DNA of 22,475 bases from Octopus sinensis (taxonomy: Eukaryota). The translations under genes were made by a program, and so were the position numbers. Under the pieces are notes generated by a model, which saw nothing but the letters and a program-made list of their open reading frames with translations, did no database searches and was not told where the DNA came from. This document shows positions 9,123-19,289 of this stretch, piece after piece; position 1 is the first letter of the stretch, and every line of letters starts with the position of its first letter. Location: NCBI RefSeq assembly GCF_006345805.1, contig NW_021836915.1, positions 1 to 22,475 on the forward strand, given 5' to 3'.

Positions 9123-9485
9123 ATATATATATATATATATTATATATATATATATATTATATATATATATATAAATACAAAAAATGGGACAAGAGCGCAA
9201 AACCTCCAGACAGTTACGTGATAAAAAAAAGGGACAACAAAGCATCCAGACAGACGTTACAAAGAAAACAAGGACGGGTCATTCGGAGTTTTCTTTCCTC
9301 AGTCGAGTTCCAGATTATTTTTGCAATTTCGGTTGGTTATACTCGAGATTGCTCCAATCTGGCCAGCCCAAAGGAAAATCTAAGCTAAGAGCATTAGATT
9401 CCTTGGAAGAAAGCAGCGAATGTATATGCAAACAAAGACGGAAAAAAAAACGGAGAAAGGTTACACAAATACAAATGCAAATATA

Positions 9486-9665
9486 CAGTATTTTAACATG
9501 TATAAGGGACCCTTTTTTGTCTAAAATTAGGTAAAAACAATATGGGAATTTCTTATACATGAATTGTATTATAATTCCTTACAAAACCTTTTTTCCAAAT
9601 TTTAAAACCCCCAAAATTAGTGGGTTCCTTATACCCGAGGGTTCCTTACACACGTTAAAATACGG
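9486..9665. mobile_element. 180-bp MITE with 27-bp TIRs and a TA TSD, Tc2/pogo-type (CCGTA termini)
   Basis: Left end TA|CAGTATTTTAACATGTATAAGGGACCC. Right end, reverse-complemented, TA|CCGTATTTTAACGTGTGTAAGGAACCC (4 mismatches). A subterminal GGGTTCCTTA(T/C)AC motif is duplicated. Confidence 0.8.
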
Positions 9666-9715
9666 TATATATATATATAATATATATGTATGTATATATA
9701 TATATATATATATAA

Positions 9716-9787
<72 letters not shown>
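9666..9787. repeat. (TA)n array
   Basis: Read directly from the sequence. Confidence 0.95.
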
Positions 9788-9792
<5 letters not shown>

Positions 9793-9896
9793 TGAGATAG
9801 GGGTTGTAAATGCAACCCACCATGGGATAACATAATCCAATATATATAATGCTAAGGATTGCGATGCAATCAATTCATTACTACTGTATTATATGG
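9788..9896. repeat. Unclassified interspersed repeat, copy 2 (lacks about 30 bp present in copy 1 at 3815)
   Basis: Direct alignment to 3815-3954. Confidence 0.85.
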
Positions 9897-9924
9897 CAAA
9901 GTAAAAGATTTACCACAATTACTA

Positions 9925-10130
9925 ATACATACATACCTACATATATATATATATAATATTATTATATATATATATAATGTATATATATGTTATGTTGTAT
10001 GTGTGTATATATATATATATATGTATGTATATATACATATATACATATGTATGTATATATATATATGTATTTATGTATATATATATATATATACGTATAT
10101 GTGTATACATACATACATGCATACATACAT

Positions 10131-10179
<49 letters not shown>

Positions 10180-10262
10180 CATATACTTATGCACATACAT
10201 ATGCACGAAACACATGCGCACATCTGCATAGATACCAATGCATGTACAAAGAATACATCCAC
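9925..10262. repeat. Compound (TA)n/(TACA)n/(TATG)n array
   Basis: Read directly from the sequence. Confidence 0.9.
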
Positions 10263-10989
10263 ATACACTAATACACAGACCTGAAGCAGTACACTGCGGT
10301 CATCTCCCCTTGAAGAAATTTAGCCGTCACGAGGTAGCGCTCGAAGTGTTTTTCACCCATTAAGTACAGTTCCCGCCTTCGGCGTCAGTATGGCGCCGTT
10401 TTAGCTCGACTTACGTCTCAGAGAGGAGAAGAAAAAAAAACTTGTGTTCATCCGAAGATTAGTTGCTAAGCTTTATTTACCAAAAACTCGATCCACTTGA
10501 CAATAACTTTCTCAAATAGAAGAAGAAGAAGAAAAAAAAAAAAAAGAATATTTCCCGGATGTTTTAATATTTGGCATTTATTTATTTATTACCCGGTTGG
10601 TTGGTTGGCCGGTTGTGTTGTTGGTGATTGGTTAAGTTTTCGTAACGCTACCTTAATGAAATATCCTGTTTTTGTTTCTGTCTTTATGTAATCAGTATTT
10701 TGTATGTATGTATGTATGTATGTATGTATGTATGTATGTATGTACATAAACAATGTGTGTGTATGGACGTGTCTTCTGTTTAAATGTATGGCATGTGTAC
10801 GTGTTTCTATCTGTCTATCTGTCTGTCTATCCATCAATGTGTGTAGCTATCTCTCCGTTTGTCTCTGTAAGCGCAAGGTTACATAATCTGACTATTACCT
10901 GACACTCCGTTAAATTCTTAGTGCGAACTGATTGGTAAGCTAGACTATAATGGATGTATAATAATGTACACACTTCGATTAATATACAT

Positions 10990-11034
<45 letters not shown>

Positions 11035-11192
11035 AGGAATAAGGTATTTCAAGAGAAGCACTCAGCACGAGTTCTGGGCTATCATCACTGTCGGATTCCA
11101 GACCAATACACAAATCCTACATGCGTAGAAAATCCTGGTTTTACGCCGGTAAAACCTTTTTGTGAGTGTGGCGAAGACTATATTATAATACG

Positions 11193-11384
11193 AATAATCC
11201 TTTCTACAAAGGGAAAAGGCCTGAAATATTGAGGGAGGGTTTTTTTCTATTATATCGACCCCAGTACGTAACTAGTACTTTTTTCATCGACCTGGAAAGG
11301 ATGAAAAGCAAAGTCAACCTCGGCAGAATTTGAACTCAGAATATCTTGCACGGTGTGATAATGATTCTGCCAACTCACCACCTT
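11193..11384 (-). mobile_element. Family B SINE with an internal deletion
   Basis: ATCGACCCCAGTACGTAACT..GAAAGGATGAAAAGCAAAGTCAACCTCGGCAGAATTTGAACTCAGAA. Confidence 0.85.
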
Positions 11385-11446
11385 TAATAAGACAAGGAAT
11401 AAGACTAAATTATAATCCATATAAAAATTTCTTTGCGTTCTTATTG

Positions 11447-11620
11447 GATTATGCTTCCGTCTGTCTTTAAGTTTTGAGTTCAAATCCCGCCTAGGTCGAT
11501 TTTGCTTTCATCCTTTCGGGGTCGATAAATTAAGTACCAGTAGTGTACTGGCATCGATCTTATCGACCGGCTTCTTCCGCCAAAATTTCAGGCTTTGTAC
11601 CTATAGTAGAAAGGATTATT
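11447..11620 (+). mobile_element. Family B SINE, head-to-head with 11193-11384
   Basis: GAGTTCAAATCCCGCCTAGGTCGATTTTGCTTTCATCCTTTCGGGGTCGATAAATTAAGTACCAG..AAAATTTCAGGC..AGAAAGGATTATT. Confidence 0.85.
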
Positions 11621-11628
11621 TGGATCTT

Positions 11629-11659
<31 letters not shown>

Positions 11660-11717
11660 GTGAGAACAGAAGAAGGAGAACTCGATATTAGGTAAATAGA
11701 GGATTATTTATATGCGT

Positions 11718-11909
11718 TATAATTTAGAAGAAACAGTAAGTTGTCATTACAGTACTCGGAGTTTCAAATGTCGGAGTAAAGAGCTACGATGCATTCTCGT
11801 CGGCTATTAATGGCAACAGGCGCAATCCGAGAATGCATCGTAGCTCTTCGCTCCGACATTCGAAACTCCGAGTACTATAATGACAGCTTACTGCTTGTTC
11901 TAAATTATA
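11718..11909. mobile_element. 192-bp hairpin MITE-like element with 82-bp arms, TA-bounded
   Basis: Arms 11718-11799 and 11828-11909 differ at 7 positions and flank a 28-nt spacer. Ends TATAATTTAG...CTAAATTATA. Confidence 0.85.
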
Positions 11910-11977
11910 CACAGACCACACACCACAACACACACATGTATGTAAGTAGTATATATGAAGGTATGTAGGCGTATATT

Positions 11978-12008
<31 letters not shown>

Positions 12009-12103
12009 TTATATATTATTGTGTGGTGTGTGTGTGGTGTTGTTGTGTGTGTGTGTGTAGAAGATTGAAAAAGAACACGCAAGTTGATATGTATAAGCAA
12101 AAT

Positions 12104-12430
12104 AAGACAAGAGAAAATGCTAAAATAATTTTATTGTGAAAAATATTTTTATACTGGTTTCAGTCATTGCGACCTTTTCAGCTTAGAGTGAGAAATAGTG
12201 GGAGCTAAAGAACCCACAAGAGTAAAAAAAGAGAGACCAACGCAGGCAGAAAAAAAAAATATCCCTTGCGTTTGAAAACAATGGAAATATGTTTTTTAAA
12301 TACATTTCATTTAATTTTTCCACAAATTAATGGTTTTTCATCCTTTACTCTAAGTTGAAAAATTCGCAAAGACTGAAACCGGTACTTAAATGTTCTTCAT
12401 GATAAAATTATTTTAGCATTTTCTGTCTTT
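12104..12430. mobile_element. Old MITE-like element with diverged inverted arms of about 85 bp
   Basis: AGAAAATGCTAAAATAATTTTAT..GGTTTCAGTC..GCGA..TTTTCA.CTTAGAGT at 12112-12189 mirrors 12347-12424. No TSD is visible. Confidence 0.65.
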
Positions 12431-12493
12431 CTGTCCGAATGTTTTATTGTACTCTATTGCGTTTTTGTCCCAATTATATATATTATTAGACTT

Positions 12494-12496
<3 letters not shown>

Positions 12497-12548
<52 letters not shown>

Positions 12549-12746
12549 TGCAGACATGCATGTAGACATTTATATATGAAAGGGTTCTCCCGTCGATTTC
12601 GACTTATTTGGAATCAACCGCTCAGTCAGTAGCTAACGTTCGTCTCTACAGAGCAGCATGCAACAGGCTTTGGATTTACAAGCAAACAATATAAAACTCA
12701 ATTTCTGTATATATATATTCACACACACACATATATATTATAAATG

Positions 12747-12778
<32 letters not shown>

Positions 12779-12960
12779 TATATTATATATATATATATAT
12801 ACAATAGTATACATATATATATATAATACATATATTATAAGAAATGTGTGGCGTATATATATATATATATATATATAATATATTAAAAACTATAAATATA
12901 TGTTAATATTCATGTATATAAATTTATATATATAAATATTACATATGTATGCACGTGTGT
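12497..12960. repeat. (CA)n at 12497-12545 and an imperfect (TA)n field at 12700-12950, with a short unique spacer between them
   Basis: Read directly from the sequence. Confidence 0.85.
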
Positions 12961-13068
12961 CACTTGTCTTCAAGTGAAACTTACACGAAAATCTGATTTA
13001 TTTGCATGTATTTTGGGGAGTAACAAATAAACTAACAAGTAAAGAATCCCCGCCTCATTCCCCCACAG

Positions 13069-13140
13069 AACGTAGAGGAAAATATCAACAAAAAGCGAAA
13101 AAAAAAAGAAGAAATTATTGGCGTTCAACATACAGGGGAG
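13069..13140 (+). other. Candidate 72-nt cassette exon
   Basis: AACTAAC branch-like site at 13030-13036, acceptor CCCCGCCTCATTCCCCCACAG| and donor GAG|GTAACC. Two of the three frames are open. No homology recognised. Confidence 0.25.
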
Positions 13141-13439
13141 GTAACCCGGAGGGAACAAAGATGACAGACATCAAAGATGGCTCCCACCGACCCAAATAAA
13201 AAAACATGGAATCTATTCCAGATATTTGAAAATAAAGAATACTGTTGGAATATTGAAGAAAAACGAAGGAGGAGGAGGAAGAGAAGAGGAAGAAGCGCAG
13301 GAGGACGAGGAGAAGGAGGAGGAAGAGGTGGCAAAAACATGTATTTTGTTGATGAACATACGATATTGTCCTTTGGGACAGAAAAGCTGTGTGGATTGGC
13401 TCATTGTAAATACAAAACTTCAAACATATTAATAACATA

Positions 13440-13465
13440 CATGCATATACTACATATAATATATC

Positions 13466-13529
<64 letters not shown>

Positions 13530-13880
13530 ATGTATGTATGTGTGTATGTATGTAAGTTATACATGTATATATATATTATATGTACTATATATATATACAT
13601 ATATATATATATATAATATATGTAGGTATGTATGTATGTATGTTTGTATATATTCAGACATACACACACAGACAACCTGTATATACGCACACACATGCAT
13701 ATATGTATTTATACATGCATAAACGAAAGTGAAGCTACGCTTACAAACAGACATATATACGTATTATGCTTTTTTGTTTGTATGTAGGTACGTACGTACC
13801 TGCGTATGTATATGTGTATATATGTATACATGTATGTATATGTATGCATGTGTGTATGTAGGCATGTATATATATATATA
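13440..13880. repeat. Compound (TA)n/(TATG)n field
   Basis: Read directly from the sequence. Confidence 0.9.
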
Positions 13881-13982
13881 TACCGGAGTAAGCACATAAA
13901 TGTGAAACAAGCTGGAAGAAATAGTACTCGAAACTGAAGGCAGAGTAGTATGCTTTATTAAGAAAGCAGCAAAAATATCACA

Positions 13983-14028
13983 AAAACTGTTGCTCAGTGT
14001 TTCATGTTCCTGTTCGTCGGATAGTTTT
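13983..14028 (-). ncRNA. Degenerate (probably inactive) type I hammerhead-like motif in a repeat remnant (about 13880-14030)
   Basis: Minus strand: AAAACUAU CCGACGA ACA-GGAA-CAU GAAA CACUGAGCA ACAGUUUU. Stem I has 7 of 8 pairs and the core spacing is correct. Stem II, stem III and the NUH triplet are mutated. Confidence 0.4.
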
Positions 14029-14694
14029 ATTTAGAATGGAACAAAACAAGGTTATATGCATAAATATATTGTTACTTTGATAGATACATTTGAAAATGTT
14101 TTTGTTTCATTGGTCCTTTCAGCTACCGGTCTTTTCAATAACCGGTTACATGAAATTAGAATTGCAGTTTAAAATCATATTATTATAAAAATCGGAGAAA
14201 ACCTTCTAGGAAAAAAGACCTGAATACCCAGCGTAAATAATTAGTAGTAACAGATAATAATATATTTAAGTAAATTCAAAGATATATCCGTTTTAAAAAA
14301 TGTTCACCCTAAAATGTATATACATTAAGCAATACATACTCATATCAAACAACCTAAAGTGTGTGTATATATGTAACGCAATTGACTGCGGTAGACGTCC
14401 TGAAAATTTATCTCATACTGACAATTGAGATGAAATCACGTGATGCAACAAAGCCATCCGCTGGTGCCAACAAAATATCATCTTATCATCTTGACGATAT
14501 AGTCTGTGCTTTTGTAGCATCTAACATCTATACGAGATGATTTTTGTAGGTAGGTTTTTTTCTTTCTCGGAAAGTTTACCGCAGCCTACAGTATTCAAAA
14601 CAGCATATCCAACTTAACTTTGAGGCTCTAATAGACACACACACACACCACTTCACACTACAGATACACACACGCACACACGTATTTATATATA

Positions 14695-14817
14695 TCACAG
14701 TGATCACCATGACCGACCAGGCTACCAGATGTTTGTTACACATCGCTGGTCACAATGTGCTTCGCATCGTTTTAGCCTTCAAATGACGCCACCCCGCTGG
14801 CTAAGCGAGCAGGCCAA
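14695..14817. repeat. Interspersed repeat fragment; a second, internally deleted copy lies at about 14975-15048
   Basis: ATATCAC..GTGATC and ATCGCTGGTCACA(A/G)TG.GC(T)T(C/T)GC.TC..TT(T/C)AGC.TTC are shared between the two copies. Confidence 0.6.
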
Positions 14818-14917
14818 TATGTGTGTGTGTGTGTATGTATATATATATGGTGCTATTAAGTTAGACATGGCCTGGGCCAATAATGGCCGAAACCTATCAA
14901 AGTATCAAAGTATCAAA

Positions 14918-14964
<47 letters not shown>

Positions 14965-15055
14965 GCATACATATATATATCACGTAATTACGTGATCGCT
15001 GGTCACAGTGCACTTTGCGTCATTTCAGCTTTCTAAAGATACCACACCATTAATA

Positions 15056-15187
15056 GGTGACAGGCGATTGACTATTAATCAAATAGCCAATGCTATTAGT
15101 ATATCCCGCGAGTGAGTTGAGAATATTCTGCACAATGATCTTGGCCTGACGAAGGTTTCTGCGCGGTGGCTGCCACATCTTCTGACA
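15056..15187 (+). mobile_element. Decayed mariner transposase fragment (second HTH and WVPHEL linker)
   Basis: Translation gives GDRRLTINQIANAISISRE*VENILHNDLGLTKVSARWLPHLLT. The stop is TGA at 15113-15115. Confidence 0.88.
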
Positions 15188-15189
15188 AC

Positions 15190-15590
15190 TGAGTTAAAAG
15201 TGATGTTCAGTAGTAACTGGGTGTAAGTGTTCAGAAGTTAGTTTCTCGGCTTACTGCATAAACGTCCTTTGGTAACCGTCATCAAACAGTCGTCCTTCGA
15301 TAGACCAATATCATGGCTTGTCCTAGTATGAACAAGCCTAATTCGTTGCACATATCTACACTGTTGTATGATCGCATACCCACATAGAAGATGTCGTCTG
15401 CAGTGTTGAATTTCTTCACAAAACCAGAGCCCTTATCAAATAGCAAGTTGTTGTTTTTATAGCATGTAAGATTATTTCTAGGTCAATCTTCTCCACATCA
15501 CAATATCTTATGCGTTATTAACGAGAGAATTACTGACGAATAACAGTCAATGATATTAAATTTCGTAAATATAGAATTCCTTTTGTCTCT
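15190..15590 (-). mobile_element. Decayed Penelope-like element reverse transcriptase fragment
   Basis: With frameshifts the minus strand reads FTKFNIIDCYSS (cf. FxxFDIVDFYPS), EIILHA..LLFDKGSGFVKK, GMRSYNSVDMCNELGLFIL (cf. MGSYDGAEVCELVGLYIL) and DIGLSKDDCL (cf. IGLYRDDGL; DD at 15289-15294). Order and spacing are correct. Confidence 0.75.
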
Positions 15591-15873
15591 AAGCTTTTAA
15601 CAAAAAAAAAAATACTTTCGATAACTATGTTACGATTTGTATTTCTGTTGTTAATTAGTCTCTTTCTTAATTAATCACTAAGCTTTCTTATAATTAATTA
15701 GTTCCACTTCTGTCATAGCAAAGTGAATTAGTGTAGGTCTAAGGTTAATATGGAAATTATCTTGGGATCGTTAACTGTAAAGTAAGTCTCCCATTTAACT
15801 ATTTTTTTTTTATATATATAATGCTGTCTAATGTTATTTTCTTAGTTATGTCTTAAGTCAAGATATTATTCCT

Positions 15874-16082
15874 CTGGCAGAATCGTTGGCATGCTAGGCT
15901 AAATGCGTAGCAGTATTTCGTCCGTACTTACATTCTGAGTTCAAATTCCGCCAAGGTCGACTTTGTCTTTCATCCTTTCAGGATCGATAAATCAAGTACC
16001 AGTGAAACCCTGGGAATCGATGTAATCGATTAGTCCTCTCCTCCAAATTTCAGACACTGTGCCTTTATTAGACAGGATTATT
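15874..16082 (+). mobile_element. Family B SINE
   Basis: CTGGCAGAATCGTTGG..TTCTGAGTTCAAATTCCGCCAAGGTCGACTTTGTCTTTCATCC..GGATTATT. Confidence 0.88.
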
Positions 16083-16091
16083 TTTATTAGT

Positions 16092-16325
16092 GAAGCCGGT
16101 GAGCTGGTAGAATTGTTGGTGCGTCGAGCAAACTGCTTAGGAGCATTTCTTCCGTCTTTATGTTCTGAGTTCAAATTCCGCTATAGTCAAATTTGTCTTC
16201 CATCCCTATCTAGGTCGATAGAATAAGTACCAGCTGGAAAGTGGGGTTGCTGTAATTGTTTAAATCCCTCCCTGCTGGTAGAATTCTCTGCGCGTCGAAC
16301 AAAATGCTTTGCGACATTTCTTCCG
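16092..16325 (+). mobile_element. Second tandem family B SINE (16092-16272) plus a third head fragment (16273-16325); a family B tail reappears at 16548-16620 after (CATA)n
   Basis: Alignment to the adjacent copy. Confidence 0.8.
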
Positions 16326-16910
16326 ATTCGATAGGCTTCATGCATTGATGCGTAACCATTAACATATATGCAGTTCAAATACTCTCAACCATAACATAGT
16401 TATATGCATGCATACATACATACATACATTCATACAAACATACATTCATACATACGTACATTCATACAAACATACATTCATACATACATTCATTCATGCA
16501 TAAATAAATACATACATACATACATACATACATACATTCATTCATACAATCTAATCGACTGGCTCACCACCCCCCCCAAAAAAAATTTCGGGCCTTGTTC
16601 TTAGGGTAGAAAAGAATATTTATATACCTACATGTGTATGTATTCCCTCCGCAAATCCCTAATTATATTTAATTTGCCTTGCGGGAGCAACTGTTTTGAG
16701 GAAGATGCATCTTGTCCTAGTGCTCGGAATGCGGAGGAGATAAAACAGTGGGCAACAGATGAAAGATTGTTTTTTATGTTACCTGTCTTGTTATTATATT
16801 TGTTTCTTTCGTTACTCGCAAAAAAAGTTCGTTTCTCATGTTGTTTACGTTTTTTGATGTCTTGTACCTATATATGCATGTGTATATACATATATATGTA
16901 AGTATTTACG

Positions 16911-16944
<34 letters not shown>

Positions 16945-17004
16945 CGTTTTGGATTTGGTTTGCAAGGTTCTTTCTGTGAGTTCGTGTGTTGAAGCATATT
17001 CTGT

Positions 17005-17545
17005 TGTGTCTGGGGAGACTCATTTTCTTTTTGTGCCTTATAATGTAACACACACACCGGTAAAATTTCCACTTATTTCTTATTTTTATTTTCCTAAAAT
17101 TTTCGTTGCGTCTTGCAACCTTTTCAATAGTCTTTTTGATTGTTAGTGCGCATGTGTGTGTGTACCTATGCATGCGTGTATGTATGTATGTATGTATGTA
17201 TGTATGTATGTATTATGTATTTATGTATGTATGTATGTATGTATATATATGTGTATGCATGCATGTGTGTATGTATATATGTGTGTGTATGCATATGTAT
17301 ATATGTATGTATGTATTCTGCATATTCATATGCTTGCGTGTCCGTGTTTGTGTGTTTTTTTATGTATGTGTGTGTGTGTGTGCGTGTGTTTATATATGTA
17401 TGCACCTCTATCTCCTTGTGTGTGCATGTCTGGGTGTGTGTGTGTGTTTTGCAACTATGTAAAGTGTGTGTTTATATATGGTCATGTGATTCAGTCTCCA
17501 TTTGCCTAAGTGTGCTTGTCTGTTCATATAACCTATGTACCTATC
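17005..17545 (-). mobile_element. Left arm of an inverted duplication: microsatellite-rich non-autonomous element with a terminal hammerhead-like motif
   Basis: Mirrors 18275-18818 in both unique and microsatellite segments. Confidence 0.85.
17094..17132 (-). ncRNA. Candidate minimal hammerhead ribozyme with a U3:A8 core
   Basis: Minus strand: GA CUA UUGAAAA G GUUGC-AAGAC-GCAAC GAAA A UUU UAG. It has a 5-bp stem II, a loopless palindromic stem III (AAAAUUUU) and a 3-bp stem I. Confidence 0.5.
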
Positions 17546-17672
17546 CGCCTGTATGTTGATCTGTTTATTTTCATATCCATATTCTTGCATACATGTGCAT
17601 ATACATACATACATACATACATACATACATACATACATACATACATACATACATACATACATACATACATAC

Positions 17673-18012
17673 ATGGTGGCTGCCCCCGAGTATGGCCATT
17701 GCCGGTTTTATGTCTGAGTTATCCCAGTTACCTGAGTTACCTTCTCCTAGAAGGATGCCCTAACAAAGGCTAGGAGTCCTTCACTCCCAATGGTTTAACC
17801 GCGCGATCGGGTATTCAGTCTATTTATTGGATGGCCGTTGACTCTCAAGAGTTCCTCCGCCCTTTGATGGGTTTTGTTTTTCAGCCCGCAGGGTGTCCAA
17901 TAAACACCCTCCTCACCAAGCAAGCTTGGTGGGGTTACCTGTTTAGTCGCCGACCATGCAACAGGTTGTACTGGGTTACATGTTACCAGTAGCACTCAAA
18001 AGTGACCTGACA
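17673..18012. mobile_element. GC-richer 340-bp insert flanked on both sides by (TACA)n; probable non-LTR retroelement UTR fragment
   Basis: Abrupt borders with TACA arrays (17604-17672, 18017-18106). Internal hairpins GGGTGT/ACACCC and CACCAAGC/GCTTGGTG. Class not established. Confidence 0.4.
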
Positions 18013-18274
18013 TATCATACATACATACATACATACGTACATACATACATACATACATACATACATACATACATACATACATACATACATACATACATAC
18101 ATACATCTACATAACAGCCCACTAACTATTCTACTCTACCTGTGTAAACTGTGGGTATGCAGGTATGATATCTTCTATGTATATTTCCTATTCAGCATTG
18201 GAGATGTTTCATTTTTAAGGACGTACTCCCGTAAATGTTTGAGTGTTGGGTGCTGGGATATGATGCAGATATAA

Positions 18275-18530
18275 GATAGGTACATAGGTTATATGAGCGG
18301 ACAAGCACACGCAAATGGAGACTGAAACATATGACCATATACACACACACACTTTACTTCACACAAGGACACAGAGGTGCATACATATATAAACACACGC
18401 ACACACATACAAAAAAAAACACAAACACGGACACGCAAGCACATGAATATGCAGAATACATACATACAGATGCACAGGCATACATATATAGATATGTATA
18501 CACACACATATATACATACACACATGCATG

Positions 18531-18562
<32 letters not shown>

Positions 18563-18818
18563 CATACATACATACATACATACACACATGTCCATACATA
18601 CATACATACATACATACATACATGCATACATACATGTATGCATGCATAGGCACACACACAATGTACACAAACAATCAAAAAAGAACGTAGTGTAAATAAC
18701 GGACAGAGTCAAGACTATTAAAAAGGGTGCAAGACGCAACGAAAATTTTAGGAAGAAGTGAAAATTTTACCGGGAGTTAAATTATAAGGCACAGAAAGAA
18801 AATGACTCTCCCAAACAC
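18275..18818 (+). mobile_element. Right arm of the inverted duplication; its hammerhead-like motif (18713-18751) is mutated
   Basis: GACTATTAAAAAGGGTGCAAGACGCAACGAAAATTTTAG shows a G5A-equivalent change and a stem II mismatch relative to 17094-17132. Confidence 0.85.
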
Positions 18819-18829
18819 CAAACACATAA

Positions 18830-18844
18830 TAATCTATATATATG

Positions 18845-18898
<54 letters not shown>

Positions 18899-18949
18899 GT
18901 ATGTGTATATGTATGTGTATATATATATGTATGTATATATATATATATA

Positions 18950-18990
<41 letters not shown>

Positions 18991-19048
18991 TATATATATA
19001 TAAAGGAATACCAAAAATGAGACAAAACACAAAACATCCGGACATACG

Positions 19049-19081
<33 letters not shown>

Positions 19082-19085
19082 TCAT
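18830..19085. repeat. (TA)n/(TATG)n field and (CA)n
   Basis: Read directly from the sequence. Confidence 0.9.
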
Positions 19086-19289
19086 GTATATATGTAAGTA
19101 ATAGGTTATGACCGAAGATTAGCGAAATATGATATTAGCAGGGGCGGTAGAAGGGGCAGCAATGTCCCTCCCTATGGAAGTGTTGACAATACTTTGCCCC
19201 GGGGTAATATTTTGGGGGCGTGAGGAGAAAGAAATAGGTTAATTCCAACAGGTGCATCTTGATTATCCCACTCCTGCTTCTGCTCAATA

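Noticed and set aside
9176-9450. Segment resembling a recalled octopus repeat, with an internal GGGACAA..TCCAGACAG duplication
   Set aside because: It is single-copy in this window, and no termini, TSD or ribozyme core could be shown, so it is not called as a feature.
12640-12700. CTAAC..TCTCTACAG acceptor-like site (similar site at about 14122)
   Set aside because: No credible downstream donor was found, and such motifs are expected by chance in 22 kb.
295-19081. Dozens of ORFs with MYVC/YIHT/IYIY/HTHT/CVCV-type peptides
   Set aside because: They are translations of stop-free (TATG)n, (TA)n and (CA)n microsatellites and show no coding signal.
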